From NCBI GenBank assembly GCA_964510295.1, contig CAZEBQ010000003.1, forward strand, positions 1 through 51,990: DNA of 51,990 nt, read 5' to 3'. A model generated the notes under the pieces. That model saw only the letters and a program-made list of their open reading frames with translations. It was not told the origin of the DNA and did not search any database. Below, one piece after another: positions 9,654 to 18,843 of the stretch (position 1 is the stretch's first letter; the number at the start of each line of letters is the position of its first letter). The translations under genes were made by a program, and so were the position numbers. This DNA comes from an uncultured Anaerolineales bacterium. Lineage in GTDB: Bacteria; Planctomycetota; Phycisphaerae; FEN-1346.

Positions 9654-10069
9654 AGTCGCAGTACTGGGGCATAGTCAGACGTTCCTTCTCGAACACCGGT
9701 TTGCTGTGGTCGTTGACCCGAAGGTTGGCATTGCAGTCATGGAGCCTGACCGTGTGGAGTTTGTCGCCGAACTGGCAGCGGCCCTGCGCGCACAGGCGGA
9801 TGACGATCTTGAACGACCGCGTCGGCGTTCTCCCCCCTGTCTCGCACCCCCTCCGCCTCAACGACGAACTTCAGTTCGCCGGCATGGTCACCCGGCCCGC
9901 AGTAGCCGTACAAGAGCGTGGCGATCTGCCTGCTGCGACCGGGCGCACTGTCAACAAGAGTGACGCGCCGCCGCCTGTTCTTCTTGTCAAGGAGCGCCTC
10001 GAACGTGAAGTGCAGGCTCACTATCAGCCATGCTCCCACAGCCAGCCTCACCATTGGCCGCGTCTTCAC
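9278..10069 (-). pseudogene. Frameshifted stand-alone copy of the C-terminal module of the giant paralogs
   Basis: Three minus-strand frames join into one homolog: 10069..~9840 (MKTRPMVRLAVGAWLIVSL signal-like), 9861..~9540 (CAQGRCQFGDKLHTVRLHD ... YGHPALVDGRLWNVAVSDDGKDVSAQP) and 9568..9278 (WTVPPDLKGTFTASLRFPPDTF). These match CAVGECRFGDKTYKVRFYD ... YGHPVLVDGRWWDVHVSADGRQVTAEP ... WRIPPGFRGTYTATVEFPSDTF of 10135..14493. Confidence 0.65.
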
Positions 10070-10134
10070 CGGACACCTCCTTCCCGATTAACGGGTACAT
10101 GGGTCATGCGTCTCACCTTGCCAGAGAAGCCGAC

Positions 10135-13100
10135 TCAGCGAACCGTGACTCTCGCCGGCTTGACCTCGACGGGGAACGTGTCAGAGGGGAACTCGACCGT
10201 AGCGGTGTAGGTGCCCCTGAAGCCAGGTGGGATCCTCCAGCCCCGGTCGTCGGCTTCGTACCGCGAAGCCTCGAAGGTCATCGCCCGTTGGCCGGACTGC
10301 GCGGACAGGGCGATCTTGACCAACACGTTGGACGAAGGCTCCCGGTCGCGGAAACTCCGGACGTACACGCCTCGTCCGCCGATGTCGTTGAGGTCGATGC
10401 TGAAGTGAAGCGATCCTTCCTTCTGTGTAACCGTCATCGTACCGCGCAGCGGCGATCCCAACTGAATGGCCGTGGTCGTGCCGGCTTTCAGATTGAACGT
10501 GGGGAGGCCCACACGGGAAATCACCCGGTCGGAGATCTCCACCCTGGCGGAGATGCGGCTCGGGGCGGATGAGACGTACTCATAGTAAGTATCAAGCCGG
10601 TACCGTCCGGCGGGAACCGGCACCGGCCCCTCGCCGCCTTGCACGTTCAGCAGGACTCCGTCGCCCATCAGATCCATCCGCCAGAAGGGATGGTCGAGCC
10701 TGACGTAGGCCATCGGTCCTGCGCACGGCTCAGCGGTCACCTGACGGCCATCGGCGGACACGTGGACGTCCCACCACCGCCCATCGACCAGGACGGGGTG
10801 TCCGTACAGGGACCGGGGCATGCGTTCTCTGTTGATGCGCCACAGGCGGCCGTCGTACCGGATCGGCTCGCCCTGGACGTTCGTGAACCATCTGAGCCCG
10901 TCGGCATCTTCGTGGACGTCGACGCAGAACCAGTCAACCCAGGCGTCTTTGGCAAGGCGATCGCCTTCCCGTCGAAGACGGGCGGGATCGCAGACGCTCA
11001 GGTTGCCCGAGTAGTCGTAGAAACGGACCTTGTAGGTCTTGTCGCCGAAACGGCACTCGCCCACCGCACACGTAGAGAACTTGCAGCCCAACTCGGTGGC
11101 CGAGCCCAAGGCGGCCCCTTCCTCGTAATCGATGATGATACCGGCAGCCATTTTCCGCTCGCCGATGGTGATGTCGGAGACATCGGCCACGAACTCGTAT
11201 TCGAACACTTTCTGCCCGGACCTGCGCGAGCGGGGAGCGAAGTAGATCCGAGGAATCCGAAGGGCGTTGCGAAAATCGCCCTTTCCAGTGAGGTCGAGGC
11301 GGACGACGTCATAGTGTTGGGCATCGGGCTTCTCGGCGTCAAGAGCGAGGGCCATCTTCCGGCCGCCCACATCCATTGTGACCACCCGAGCCTTGGGATG
11401 GACCGTGCCGCAGCCCGGCCGAGCAGGCCGGAAGTGCTGGCTCCCTTTCAGCGAGGATCGCCTTCCACGGAATGCGTACACATAGGTGAGCGTGCCCACG
11501 GGGGCCTTCGAGGCGGAGGGGGGTTTCCAGTATTCGGCGATTGCGTGGAAAGGCTTCCCGATCGCCTTCCAGCCGAGGCCGACATCAGGTGCGATTTTGT
11601 CTGCGAACTCCTGCTTCTTGGTGGGGGCCTCCTTCTCCTTTCGGTAGGCAAGTGGCGGCAGCGGGTTACGGTACTGCCGGAGTGGGTTCAGGTCCGGGCC
11701 GCGCAGCAGGTACGGTCCGCAGCGCTCACGCGGCCACCACGCGTCGCTCCCCTCACTGAGGGCGGCCACCAGATAGCCCCATCGCGGGTGGTACGTGGCA
11801 GAAACCGATCCCGGCAGGAGTCCCCACACACGTCCGGCCACTCGCCACTCGCCGTTCTCGCCGGGCTCACACAGACCCACGCCCCACCTGTCAACGAGAC
11901 CGAACCCCAGCAACAGTGGTCCCGACTTGTCTTCGAAGGCGAACAGACTGGCGCTGGGGAACTCGCCATCGAGTCCGAACTTGCCCAGCAGCCTCCTCTC
12001 AGACCACGTATGCAGATCACCGCTCGTCCACCCATGCAGCTCGTACGCGTGGGGAACCATCTCCTGCGCATAGGTCTCCCCCTTCTTCCGGACAAGGCGG
12101 TAGCAGTGGAATCTGCCGGTCCGGTCCTGCATCAGCACGGGACCGGGCAGCGTCTCAATCGCCCAGCGGTGCATGTCCGAACTGACCAGCGCTCTGTGCC
12201 CCTTGGCAGCGTCGCAGACAAGAATCAGGCGACCGCGATCATCTCGCAACAAGTCGTAGCGGTCGCGGACGCTCTCATCAACGATGAGCGCGGGCCGGCT
12301 CCAATGAATGAAGTCCCTCGACCAGCAGACGTACGGCAGGTTCCGGTGCTGCCCGTCGCGGTCAGAAAGGAACGTCAGAACGAAGCGTCCGCTCTCGTGG
12401 CGCACCAGCCGTGGCGCGAACTCGTTCCACCCGCTGGAGACGGGGAGGCCGAGTTTGCGCGGCGAGGAGAAACGCTTCCCGTCGGTGTTTTCCGATGACC
12501 AGAGGTCGCCCCGGAAGGACCAGACGAGCCGCAGCGCCTCCTCATCGGCCTGGATGGCCGGGCGGCCCGTCCGTCGGCTCCAAAGACTGGGGTCGGGAGC
12601 GGGGCGCGCAGCGGGCACCAAGGCCGACGTCCACGACGCCCACGGACTACCTTCCACCCAGGGCAGGCGACCCAGGACCGGCGTCGTCTGGCCCGATCGG
12701 ACGGTCACGGTCATCGACGACCCGCCGTATGGCGTTCCCGAGCCGACGGGAACGAAGCGCACCTCGTGCGTCCCGGGCGAAAGCGGGCCGACCTGACCGG
12801 GATACCATCGCATCAGGGCGCCGTCCACGTACAAGCAGAAGTCCGACGTGTTCTGACACGAGACGTCGAGCGTGCCGGGGTTCTGCATCCGGGCCAGGGT
12901 GGGCTTGACCGTGATGCCCTTGACGTGAATCGGCCCGCTCTTCGGGTCGTTGACCGCAAAGCGGCACTCGGCAACAAGTATGCCAAGGCGCGGCGGCGCG
13001 GCGAAACGGATGCCCTTGCTGCAGGCGTCGGGGAAGGGGGCACGCTCCGGCGGTCCGTAGCCTCTGGGGCCCCTCCCGTTGTCTGGACGGCGGAGTTTGA

Positions 13101-14493
13101 TCTCCAGATATCCATCCTTGCCCTCACCCGACGCCGTGAAATGCAGCGACGTGAACACGTACCCGCTGGGGGCTCTCAGCCCCATGGAGAGCACCGCCGA
13201 CGATACATCGAACACCGCGGTCCGATCGTGCCCGGACGCCTCTTTGCCGATGAGGCGACGGGGCGCCGTCCGCACCGTGACCGCACTGCCCTTCTCGTCG
13301 AAGCGGAGCCAGGGCGCCTTGCCTTGCTCGTCTCCCAGGATAGCCGACAGATCTCCAACGACACTCCGTTCGACGATCTTGAACGGCGCCATCTTTCCCG
13401 TCTTCTGGTGGTACGCCATCAGGTTGACGAGGCCGTACGGGTACTTGCAACCCCGCTCGACCTCTGGGAACCAACGTGTTCCGCCACTGAGCAAGGGGCC
13501 ACTCGTCCGGACGACTTCCTCGTGGCGGCCGATTTGGGTCAGCAGGTGAATCCGTTTGTATCGGAACCAGTCGTCGCTGCGCAGGTCACCGAAGTGGCCC
13601 CATGAGCGCCCCTGCCAGATGGCGGCGTTGGGAAACCGCTTCGCCAGATCCGCATAAAGCAGCAGCAGTGCATCGGCCGGGGCGCCGGTGGACTCGTACG
13701 TGTGCACGTACTCGACCATGGCGTCGCCGAGGCGCGGGTGGGTTATGTCAAGGTACACGAACTGCTCGAGCGCGCGCCGGGCATGGGCGTACCGCCGCAT
13801 GAAGTAGTACATCTTCGCTACCCAGTACCGGGCCTCGACGTAATCGGGATCCTTGCGCGAGGCCTGGCGGAACTTGAGCCACGCCTCGCCGTAGCGGCCC
13901 TGGTCGTACAGGTCCATGCCCTCGTACAGCGCCTTGGCTGCCGGCAGGCTCCGCGTCCAGACAGGCAACGTCTTCAGGATCTGAGCCGGCGGCTGCTTTG
14001 AGAACCAACTCAGCAGTTCCGCCGACAGCCGGCGCTGCAGTTCCAACACATCCGACGCCTTGCCTGTGACCTCCTTCCGCGCCACCTCCGACCGGCTCTC
14101 CACGTCGACGATCTGGCCCGTGATGCGGATCTCGCCGCCCGTGACCGAGTAGACGCCCGTGACGAGGTGCTCGATCTTCAGTTGCTTCCGGACCTGCCCC
14201 ATCCGCCCGGCGTCGGTCGTGGCCATCTCGGGAACCCAGGCCATCTGGTGCGCGAGCGCCTGCATTCGGTCCCGTGCCACGACCGAAAGGCTCCGGCTCT
14301 GGGCGAAGTCCGTCGCGATCCGGTCCGCCAAGCCTTTCTCCAGCCACCGCCAGTCGGGCGTATCGGACTTCATCTGGAAGCTGAACACCGCCACGTTCGT
14401 GGCCGCTTGTGCAGGTGCTGACGGCCACCCTAGGGAGTAAGCCAGCGCGCCCAAGACCAGCCATGTCGCCGCCTGCCGCGATGTGCGTGCCAT
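10135..14493 (-). CDS. Giant secreted protein: CsgG/LpoB/TolB-N-like alpha/beta module + TPR + PEGA-like + Asp-box (BNR) beta-propeller + C-terminal module
   Basis: ATG 14493 with GAGGTG upstream (the ORF-track GTG is at 14502). Signal ..GWPSAPAQA|ATNV. Module NVAVFSFQMKSDTPDWRWLEKGLADRIATDF. TPR YDQGRYGEAWLKFRQASRKDPDYVEARYW. PEGA-like LDVSCQNTSDFCLYVDGA..GTHEVRFVP. Asp-box-like SSENTDGKRFS, WSRDFIHWS, SSDMHRWA, TSGDLHTWS. Confidence 0.85.
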   Translation of the reverse strand: MARTSRQAATWLVLGALAYSLGWPSAPAQAATNVAVFSFQMKSDTPDWRWLEKGLADRIATDFAQSRSLSVVARDRMQALAHQMAWVPEMATTDAGRMGQVRKQLKIEHLVTGVYSVTGGEIRITGQIVDVESRSEVARKEVTGKASDVLELQRRLSAELLSWFSKQPPAQILKTLPVWTRSLPAAKALYEGMDLYDQGRYGEAWLKFRQASRKDPDYVEARYWVAKMYYFMRRYAHARRALEQFVYLDITHPRLGDAMVEYVHTYESTGAPADALLLLYADLAKRFPNAAIWQGRSWGHFGDLRSDDWFRYKRIHLLTQIGRHEEVVRTSGPLLSGGTRWFPEVERGCKYPYGLVNLMAYHQKTGKMAPFKIVERSVVGDLSAILGDEQGKAPWLRFDEKGSAVTVRTAPRRLIGKEASGHDRTAVFDVSSAVLSMGLRAPSGYVFTSLHFTASGEGKDGYLEIKLRRPDNGRGPRGYGPPERAPFPDACSKGIRFAAPPRLGILVAECRFAVNDPKSGPIHVKGITVKPTLARMQNPGTLDVSCQNTSDFCLYVDGALMRWYPGQVGPLSPGTHEVRFVPVGSGTPYGGSSMTVTVRSGQTTPVLGRLPWVEGSPWASWTSALVPAARPAPDPSLWSRRTGRPAIQADEEALRLVWSFRGDLWSSENTDGKRFSSPRKLGLPVSSGWNEFAPRLVRHESGRFVLTFLSDRDGQHRNLPYVCWSRDFIHWSRPALIVDESVRDRYDLLRDDRGRLILVCDAAKGHRALVSSDMHRWAIETLPGPVLMQDRTGRFHCYRLVRKKGETYAQEMVPHAYELHGWTSGDLHTWSERRLLGKFGLDGEFPSASLFAFEDKSGPLLLGFGLVDRWGVGLCEPGENGEWRVAGRVWGLLPGSVSATYHPRWGYLVAALSEGSDAWWPRERCGPYLLRGPDLNPLRQYRNPLPPLAYRKEKEAPTKKQEFADKIAPDVGLGWKAIGKPFHAIAEYWKPPSASKAPVGTLTYVYAFRGRRSSLKGSQHFRPARPGCGTVHPKARVVTMDVGGRKMALALDAEKPDAQHYDVVRLDLTGKGDFRNALRIPRIYFAPRSRRSGQKVFEYEFVADVSDITIGERKMAAGIIIDYEEGAALGSATELGCKFSTCAVGECRFGDKTYKVRFYDYSGNLSVCDPARLRREGDRLAKDAWVDWFCVDVHEDADGLRWFTNVQGEPIRYDGRLWRINRERMPRSLYGHPVLVDGRWWDVHVSADGRQVTAEPCAGPMAYVRLDHPFWRMDLMGDGVLLNVQGGEGPVPVPAGRYRLDTYYEYVSSAPSRISARVEISDRVISRVGLPTFNLKAGTTTAIQLGSPLRGTMTVTQKEGSLHFSIDLNDIGGRGVYVRSFRDREPSSNVLVKIALSAQSGQRAMTFEASRYEADDRGWRIPPGFRGTYTATVEFPSDTFPVEVKPARVTVR
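13851..13989 (-). repeat. Near-identical tract shared with 18219..18357 (paralog gene-conversion tract)
   Basis: A direct base-by-base comparison shows a single mismatch (g/c at offset 46) over 139 nt. Similarity continues with scattered mismatches to about 14166 / 18534. Confidence 0.85.
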
Positions 14494-14520
14494 CCGTTCC
14501 ACCTCTGCGAAGCGACTACC

Positions 14521-17500
14521 TCAGTGAATCGTGAACGTTACGGGATCGGGCTCGGTGGGAAAGTTGCCAGGAAACTCGAGGGTGACCGTGTAGGTGCCCC
14601 TGAATCCGGGCGGGATCTTCCAGCCCCGATTTTTTAACTCGTAGTAGTTCGTTGCCTCGAAGGTGCCTGCCTGCCGGCCGGAGGGGTCTGTCAAGACAAC
14701 CCGGATGGGAGCCCTGTTGTGGAGAATGTGCCGTGCGTGCGCCTTCCATCCGGCCACATCGGTGACGTCAATTTTGAAAAGAAGCGCCCCCGATTTCTGG
14801 GTGACTCTTGCCCTCGCGCGAATGGGTGAACCCAGTTGGACCCGCGTGGTCGTTCCGGCTTTCAGATCAAGCGTCATCCGCTCGCGATGGAGGTCTTGCT
14901 CGGAGCCGGCATTGACCTCCAACACGTCCGATGTGAAGTCCGGGTCAGGTGCAAGGTACTCCTTGAAGAAATAGACCTTGTACTGGCCGGCAGGGACAGG
15001 CACGGGTTCCTTGCCCCCCTGAACCCACAGAAGAGAGTCTTCGCCGAACAGTGTGATCTTCCAGAAGGGGTGCTCAAGTTGAATCCAGGCCATAGGCCGT
15101 GTGCAGGGCTCGGCCGAGACGCGGCAGCCGTCGTCGGAGACGCGAACGTCCCACCATCTGCCGTCGACCAGGACAGGCTGGGAGTAGATCGCCCGGGGGA
15201 TGCGTTCACGGTTAATCGCCCACAACCTGCCGTCGCTCCGAATAAGGTCGCGCCGGACATTGGTGAACTTGAGGAGTTTGTTGCCATCGCCGTAGCAGTC
15301 TACGTAAAACGCGTCGAAGAAGGCGAACCACGGGCGTTCGGTATTGCGGGGATCCTCGGCATCCCGGACGCTCAGGTTGCCGCCCCGGTCGTAGAATCGG
15401 ACTTTGTACACCTTGTCGCCGAACCGGCACTCGGCCACTGCGCACGTGGAGAAACAATACCCCAATTCTGCGGACGAGCCCAGAGAGTCCCCCTCCTTGT
15501 ATTCGATGAAGACGCCGGCAGCAATCTGCCGCCCGCCGAATGACAGGGAAGGAAACCGCTCCGCAAACTGATACTTAAACTCCTTCTGCTGTGCTTTGGT
15601 GGTTTGGCGAGAGAGATAGATTCGAGGAATTCGGAGGGCATCGTGAAAATCACCCTTCCCGGTCAGGTCGAGGCGGATGACATCATAGAACGGGGCGTCG
15701 GCCTTATCGGCGTCCAGGGCAATCGACACGTTCTGGTCACCCACCCTCAACGTGACGACCCGGACCTGGGGATGGACGGTGCCGCAACCGGGCGACGGTT
15801 CGCCAAAGTGCTCGCTGCCTCTCAGCCAACGTCGCTTGCCATGAAACATAGGAACGTAGACAAGCGTCCCTTCGGGGGCCTTCGGGGCCGATGGGCAGGG
15901 CCAGGACTTGTGGATCTTCTGGTCGAGAGTCATCCCGACTATCTTGTCAAAGGAAGTACGACTCCGTTTGGCCGCGGCCCCGTATTCTTGGTAGGCAAGC
16001 GGGGGCAGCGGATTGCGGTATTCCCGGAGGGGGTTGAGGCCCGGGCCGCGCAGCACGTACGGACCGTCCAACTCCCTCGGCCAAAACACGTGGCCCCTGG
16101 CACCGACGGCGGCAATCAGGTAGCCCCACCGCGGGTGATACGCCGACCACGCGGGGCCGGGCACAACGCCCCACGTCAGGCCGGACAGCCGCCATTTGCC
16201 GCCGGCCTCCGGCTCGCACAGGCCCAGGCTCCACTTGTCGGCCTCGCCGTGCCCGAGGAGCACGGGTCCCTGCTCGCCCTGGAGGACGCTGATCCGCCCC
16301 TCCGGGACATCGCCCGGACAGTCACCCTCCAGGTCGAAGCGGGCCAGCACCCGCTTGGCCGACCAGCCGCCCCCGCCCTTGCCTCGAAAGCTGATCAACT
16401 GGCACCGAAACGGCGGCGGTGTGCCGTAGGGCACCTCCTTCTGCTTCTGGGCCTTCAGATCGTAGCACCAGAGCCGGCCGGTCCGGTCCTGGGTCACCAG
16501 CCGGCCCGGCATCGGCTTGGACTCCCACTGGTAGCCGTCGGAACTGATCAGCATCCGGTGCCCCTGGGCGGTCCGGCAACTGACGACCAGCCGGCCGCGG
16601 TCATCCGTAAAGAGGCCATACATGTCATACAGGCCCTCGTCGACCATCCGTGCCGGCGCGGTCCAGTGGACGAAGTCGCGCGACCAGCAGGCGTACGGCA
16701 GATTCCGGTGCTGCGCGTCGCGGTCCGACAGGAACACCAGGACGAACCGCCCACTCTCGTCCCGCGCGAGCGACGGAGCGAACTCGTTCCACCCGCTTGA
16801 GACCGGAAGGTCCAACTTCCGCGCCGGCGCGAACGTCGTGCCGTCGGTGCTAACGGAGGACCAGAGGTCCCCCCGGCACGGCCACACGAGGCGGATGGCC
16901 TTGTCGTCGACCTGGATGGCGGGCGGATCGTACATCCCGCGCTGCCACAGGCCGGGATCGACCGCCGGCACGGGCGTGCCGACGTACGCCGCGGTCCACG
17001 CGCTCCAGGGGTTCCCCTCGGCCCACGGCAGGTGGCCTTCCAGCCGAGCCGTCTCGCCCGCTTTGACGGTGACCGTCGTCGACCACTCGCCATATGGCGT
17101 TCCCGGACCGACGGGAACGAGGCGCACCTCGTGCGTCCCGGGCGCAAGGGGGCCCACCAGGCCGGGGTACCACCGCATCATGGCGCCGTCCACGTACACG
17201 CAGAAGTCCGACGTATTCCGACACGAGACGTCGAGCGTGCCGGGGTGGTCGATCCGGGCCAGGGTGGCCTCGACCCGGACGCCCTTAACGTGAATCGGCC
17301 CGCCCTCCGCGCCACTGACGGCAAAACGGCACCGGGCAATAAGCATGCCAAGGCGCGGCGGCGCCGTGAAACGGATGCCCTTGCTACAGGCGTCGGGGAA
17401 GGGGGCACGCTCCGCCGGCGTCCAGCCTCTGGCCTCCAACGTCTTGTTGTCGGGACGACGGAGTTTCATCTCCAGGTACCCGTCCTTGCCCTCACCCAAC

Positions 17501-18843
17501 GCCCTGAGATCCAGCGACGTGAACACGTACCCGCTGGGGGCTTCAAGCCCTAGAGAGAACGAAGCCCACGACACGTCGAACGCCGCGGTCCGGTCGCGAT
17601 TCATCGTCTCCACGCCGACGAGACGGCGGGGTACCGTCCGCACCGTGACGGCACTGCCCTTCTCGTCGAAACGGACCCAGGGCCTTTCGCCTTCTTCGAC
17701 TATCAGCCAGGTAACCTTCTCTGAAAGGACAATAACCTCGGACGGCCACCAGACCTCGTACGGCAGCATCTGACCCGTCCGGACGTGGTGGTCCATCAGG
17801 CTGACGACGCCGTATGAGACCGGGCAGCCCAACACGTGCTTCGGGGAGAGCTCGCCAAAGACAGGTCCCCACAGGTCGATAGCTTCCTGATTGCGGTGCA
17901 GTTGCTTCAGGACATGAATCCGTTTGTATCGGAACCAGTGATCGCTGCGCAGGGCGCCAGATTGGCCCCATGCGCGCCCCTGCCAAATGGCGGCGTTCGG
18001 GAACCGCCGGGCCATGTCGTCGTAGAGCGTCAGCAGCGCATCGGCCGGGGCACCCGTCGCTTCATACGTGTGGACGTACTCGACCATGGCGTCGCCCATC
18101 CGCGGATGCGCCGCGTCCAGGTACACGAACCGCTCGAGCGCCCGACGCGCATGCTCGTAGCGGTGCATGAAGTAGTACATCTTCCCCACCCAGTACTCCG
18201 CCTCGACGTAGGCCGGGTCCTTGCGCGAGGCCTGGCGGAACTTGAGCCACGCCTCGCCGTAGCGCCCCTGGTCGTACAGGTCCATGCCCTCGTACAGCGC
18301 CTTGGCTGCCGGCAGGCTCCGCGTCCAGACAGGCAACGTCTTCAGGATCTGAGCCGGTGGTTGCTTTGAGAACCAACTCAGCAACTCCGCCGACAGCCGG
18401 CGCTGCAGATCCAGCACATCCGACGCCTTGCCTGTGACTTCCTTGCGCGCCACCTCCGACCGGCTCTCGACGTCGACGACTTGGCCTGTGATGCGTATCT
18501 CTTCGCCCGTGACCGAGTAAACTCCCGTGACGAGTTGTGTGATCTTCAGCCCCCGCTTTATGTCTTTCATACGCCGGGGATCGGAGGTCGCCATCTCCGG
18601 GACCCAGTTCATCTTCTGGGCCACCATCTGCATCTCATCGCGGGCGACGACCGAGAGGCTGCGGTCCTGGACGAAGTCCGTCGCGATGCGGTCGGCCAAG
18701 CCCTTCTCCAGCCATCGCCAGTCGGGCGTGTCGGAGGTCATCTGGAAGTTGAAGACAGCCACGTTGGTGGCAGCCGAGGCGGAGGACAACAAGAGAGATG
18801 GAACGAGCAGGACGGCGGCGGCCGACAAGTGCAGGTGGCTCAT
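14521..18843 (-). CDS. Giant secreted protein, paralog of 10135..14493 (same five-part architecture)
   Basis: ORF 14521..19119 trimmed to ATG 18843 (GGAGGG upstream; MSHLHLSAAAVLLVPSLLLSSASA signal). This start overlaps the upstream stop as ATGA. It is collinear with the neighbouring paralog through the C-terminal WKIPPGFRGTYTVTLEFPGNF. Confidence 0.85.
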   Translation of the reverse strand: MSHLHLSAAAVLLVPSLLLSSASAATNVAVFNFQMTSDTPDWRWLEKGLADRIATDFVQDRSLSVVARDEMQMVAQKMNWVPEMATSDPRRMKDIKRGLKITQLVTGVYSVTGEEIRITGQVVDVESRSEVARKEVTGKASDVLDLQRRLSAELLSWFSKQPPAQILKTLPVWTRSLPAAKALYEGMDLYDQGRYGEAWLKFRQASRKDPAYVEAEYWVGKMYYFMHRYEHARRALERFVYLDAAHPRMGDAMVEYVHTYEATGAPADALLTLYDDMARRFPNAAIWQGRAWGQSGALRSDHWFRYKRIHVLKQLHRNQEAIDLWGPVFGELSPKHVLGCPVSYGVVSLMDHHVRTGQMLPYEVWWPSEVIVLSEKVTWLIVEEGERPWVRFDEKGSAVTVRTVPRRLVGVETMNRDRTAAFDVSWASFSLGLEAPSGYVFTSLDLRALGEGKDGYLEMKLRRPDNKTLEARGWTPAERAPFPDACSKGIRFTAPPRLGMLIARCRFAVSGAEGGPIHVKGVRVEATLARIDHPGTLDVSCRNTSDFCVYVDGAMMRWYPGLVGPLAPGTHEVRLVPVGPGTPYGEWSTTVTVKAGETARLEGHLPWAEGNPWSAWTAAYVGTPVPAVDPGLWQRGMYDPPAIQVDDKAIRLVWPCRGDLWSSVSTDGTTFAPARKLDLPVSSGWNEFAPSLARDESGRFVLVFLSDRDAQHRNLPYACWSRDFVHWTAPARMVDEGLYDMYGLFTDDRGRLVVSCRTAQGHRMLISSDGYQWESKPMPGRLVTQDRTGRLWCYDLKAQKQKEVPYGTPPPFRCQLISFRGKGGGGWSAKRVLARFDLEGDCPGDVPEGRISVLQGEQGPVLLGHGEADKWSLGLCEPEAGGKWRLSGLTWGVVPGPAWSAYHPRWGYLIAAVGARGHVFWPRELDGPYVLRGPGLNPLREYRNPLPPLAYQEYGAAAKRSRTSFDKIVGMTLDQKIHKSWPCPSAPKAPEGTLVYVPMFHGKRRWLRGSEHFGEPSPGCGTVHPQVRVVTLRVGDQNVSIALDADKADAPFYDVIRLDLTGKGDFHDALRIPRIYLSRQTTKAQQKEFKYQFAERFPSLSFGGRQIAAGVFIEYKEGDSLGSSAELGYCFSTCAVAECRFGDKVYKVRFYDRGGNLSVRDAEDPRNTERPWFAFFDAFYVDCYGDGNKLLKFTNVRRDLIRSDGRLWAINRERIPRAIYSQPVLVDGRWWDVRVSDDGCRVSAEPCTRPMAWIQLEHPFWKITLFGEDSLLWVQGGKEPVPVPAGQYKVYFFKEYLAPDPDFTSDVLEVNAGSEQDLHRERMTLDLKAGTTTRVQLGSPIRARARVTQKSGALLFKIDVTDVAGWKAHARHILHNRAPIRVVLTDPSGRQAGTFEATNYYELKNRGWKIPPGFRGTYTVTLEFPGNFPTEPDPVTFTIH
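18219..18357 (-). repeat. Near-identical tract shared with 13851..13989
   Basis: Partner of the tract above, covering the TPR segment (..KFRQASRKDP..YDQGRYGEAW..ALYEGMDLY..LPVWTRSLPAAK..). Confidence 0.85.

Noticed and set aside
10639-12498. 619-aa plus-strand ORF, and similar long plus-strand ORFs at 22333-24198, 38991-40772, 40306-43200, 44187-46319 and 46401-47798
   Set aside because: All lie antisense to minus-strand genes with clear domain motifs. Their translations are Arg/Pro/Gly/Ala-rich with no recognisable motif. Stop-free antisense frames are expected in high-GC DNA.
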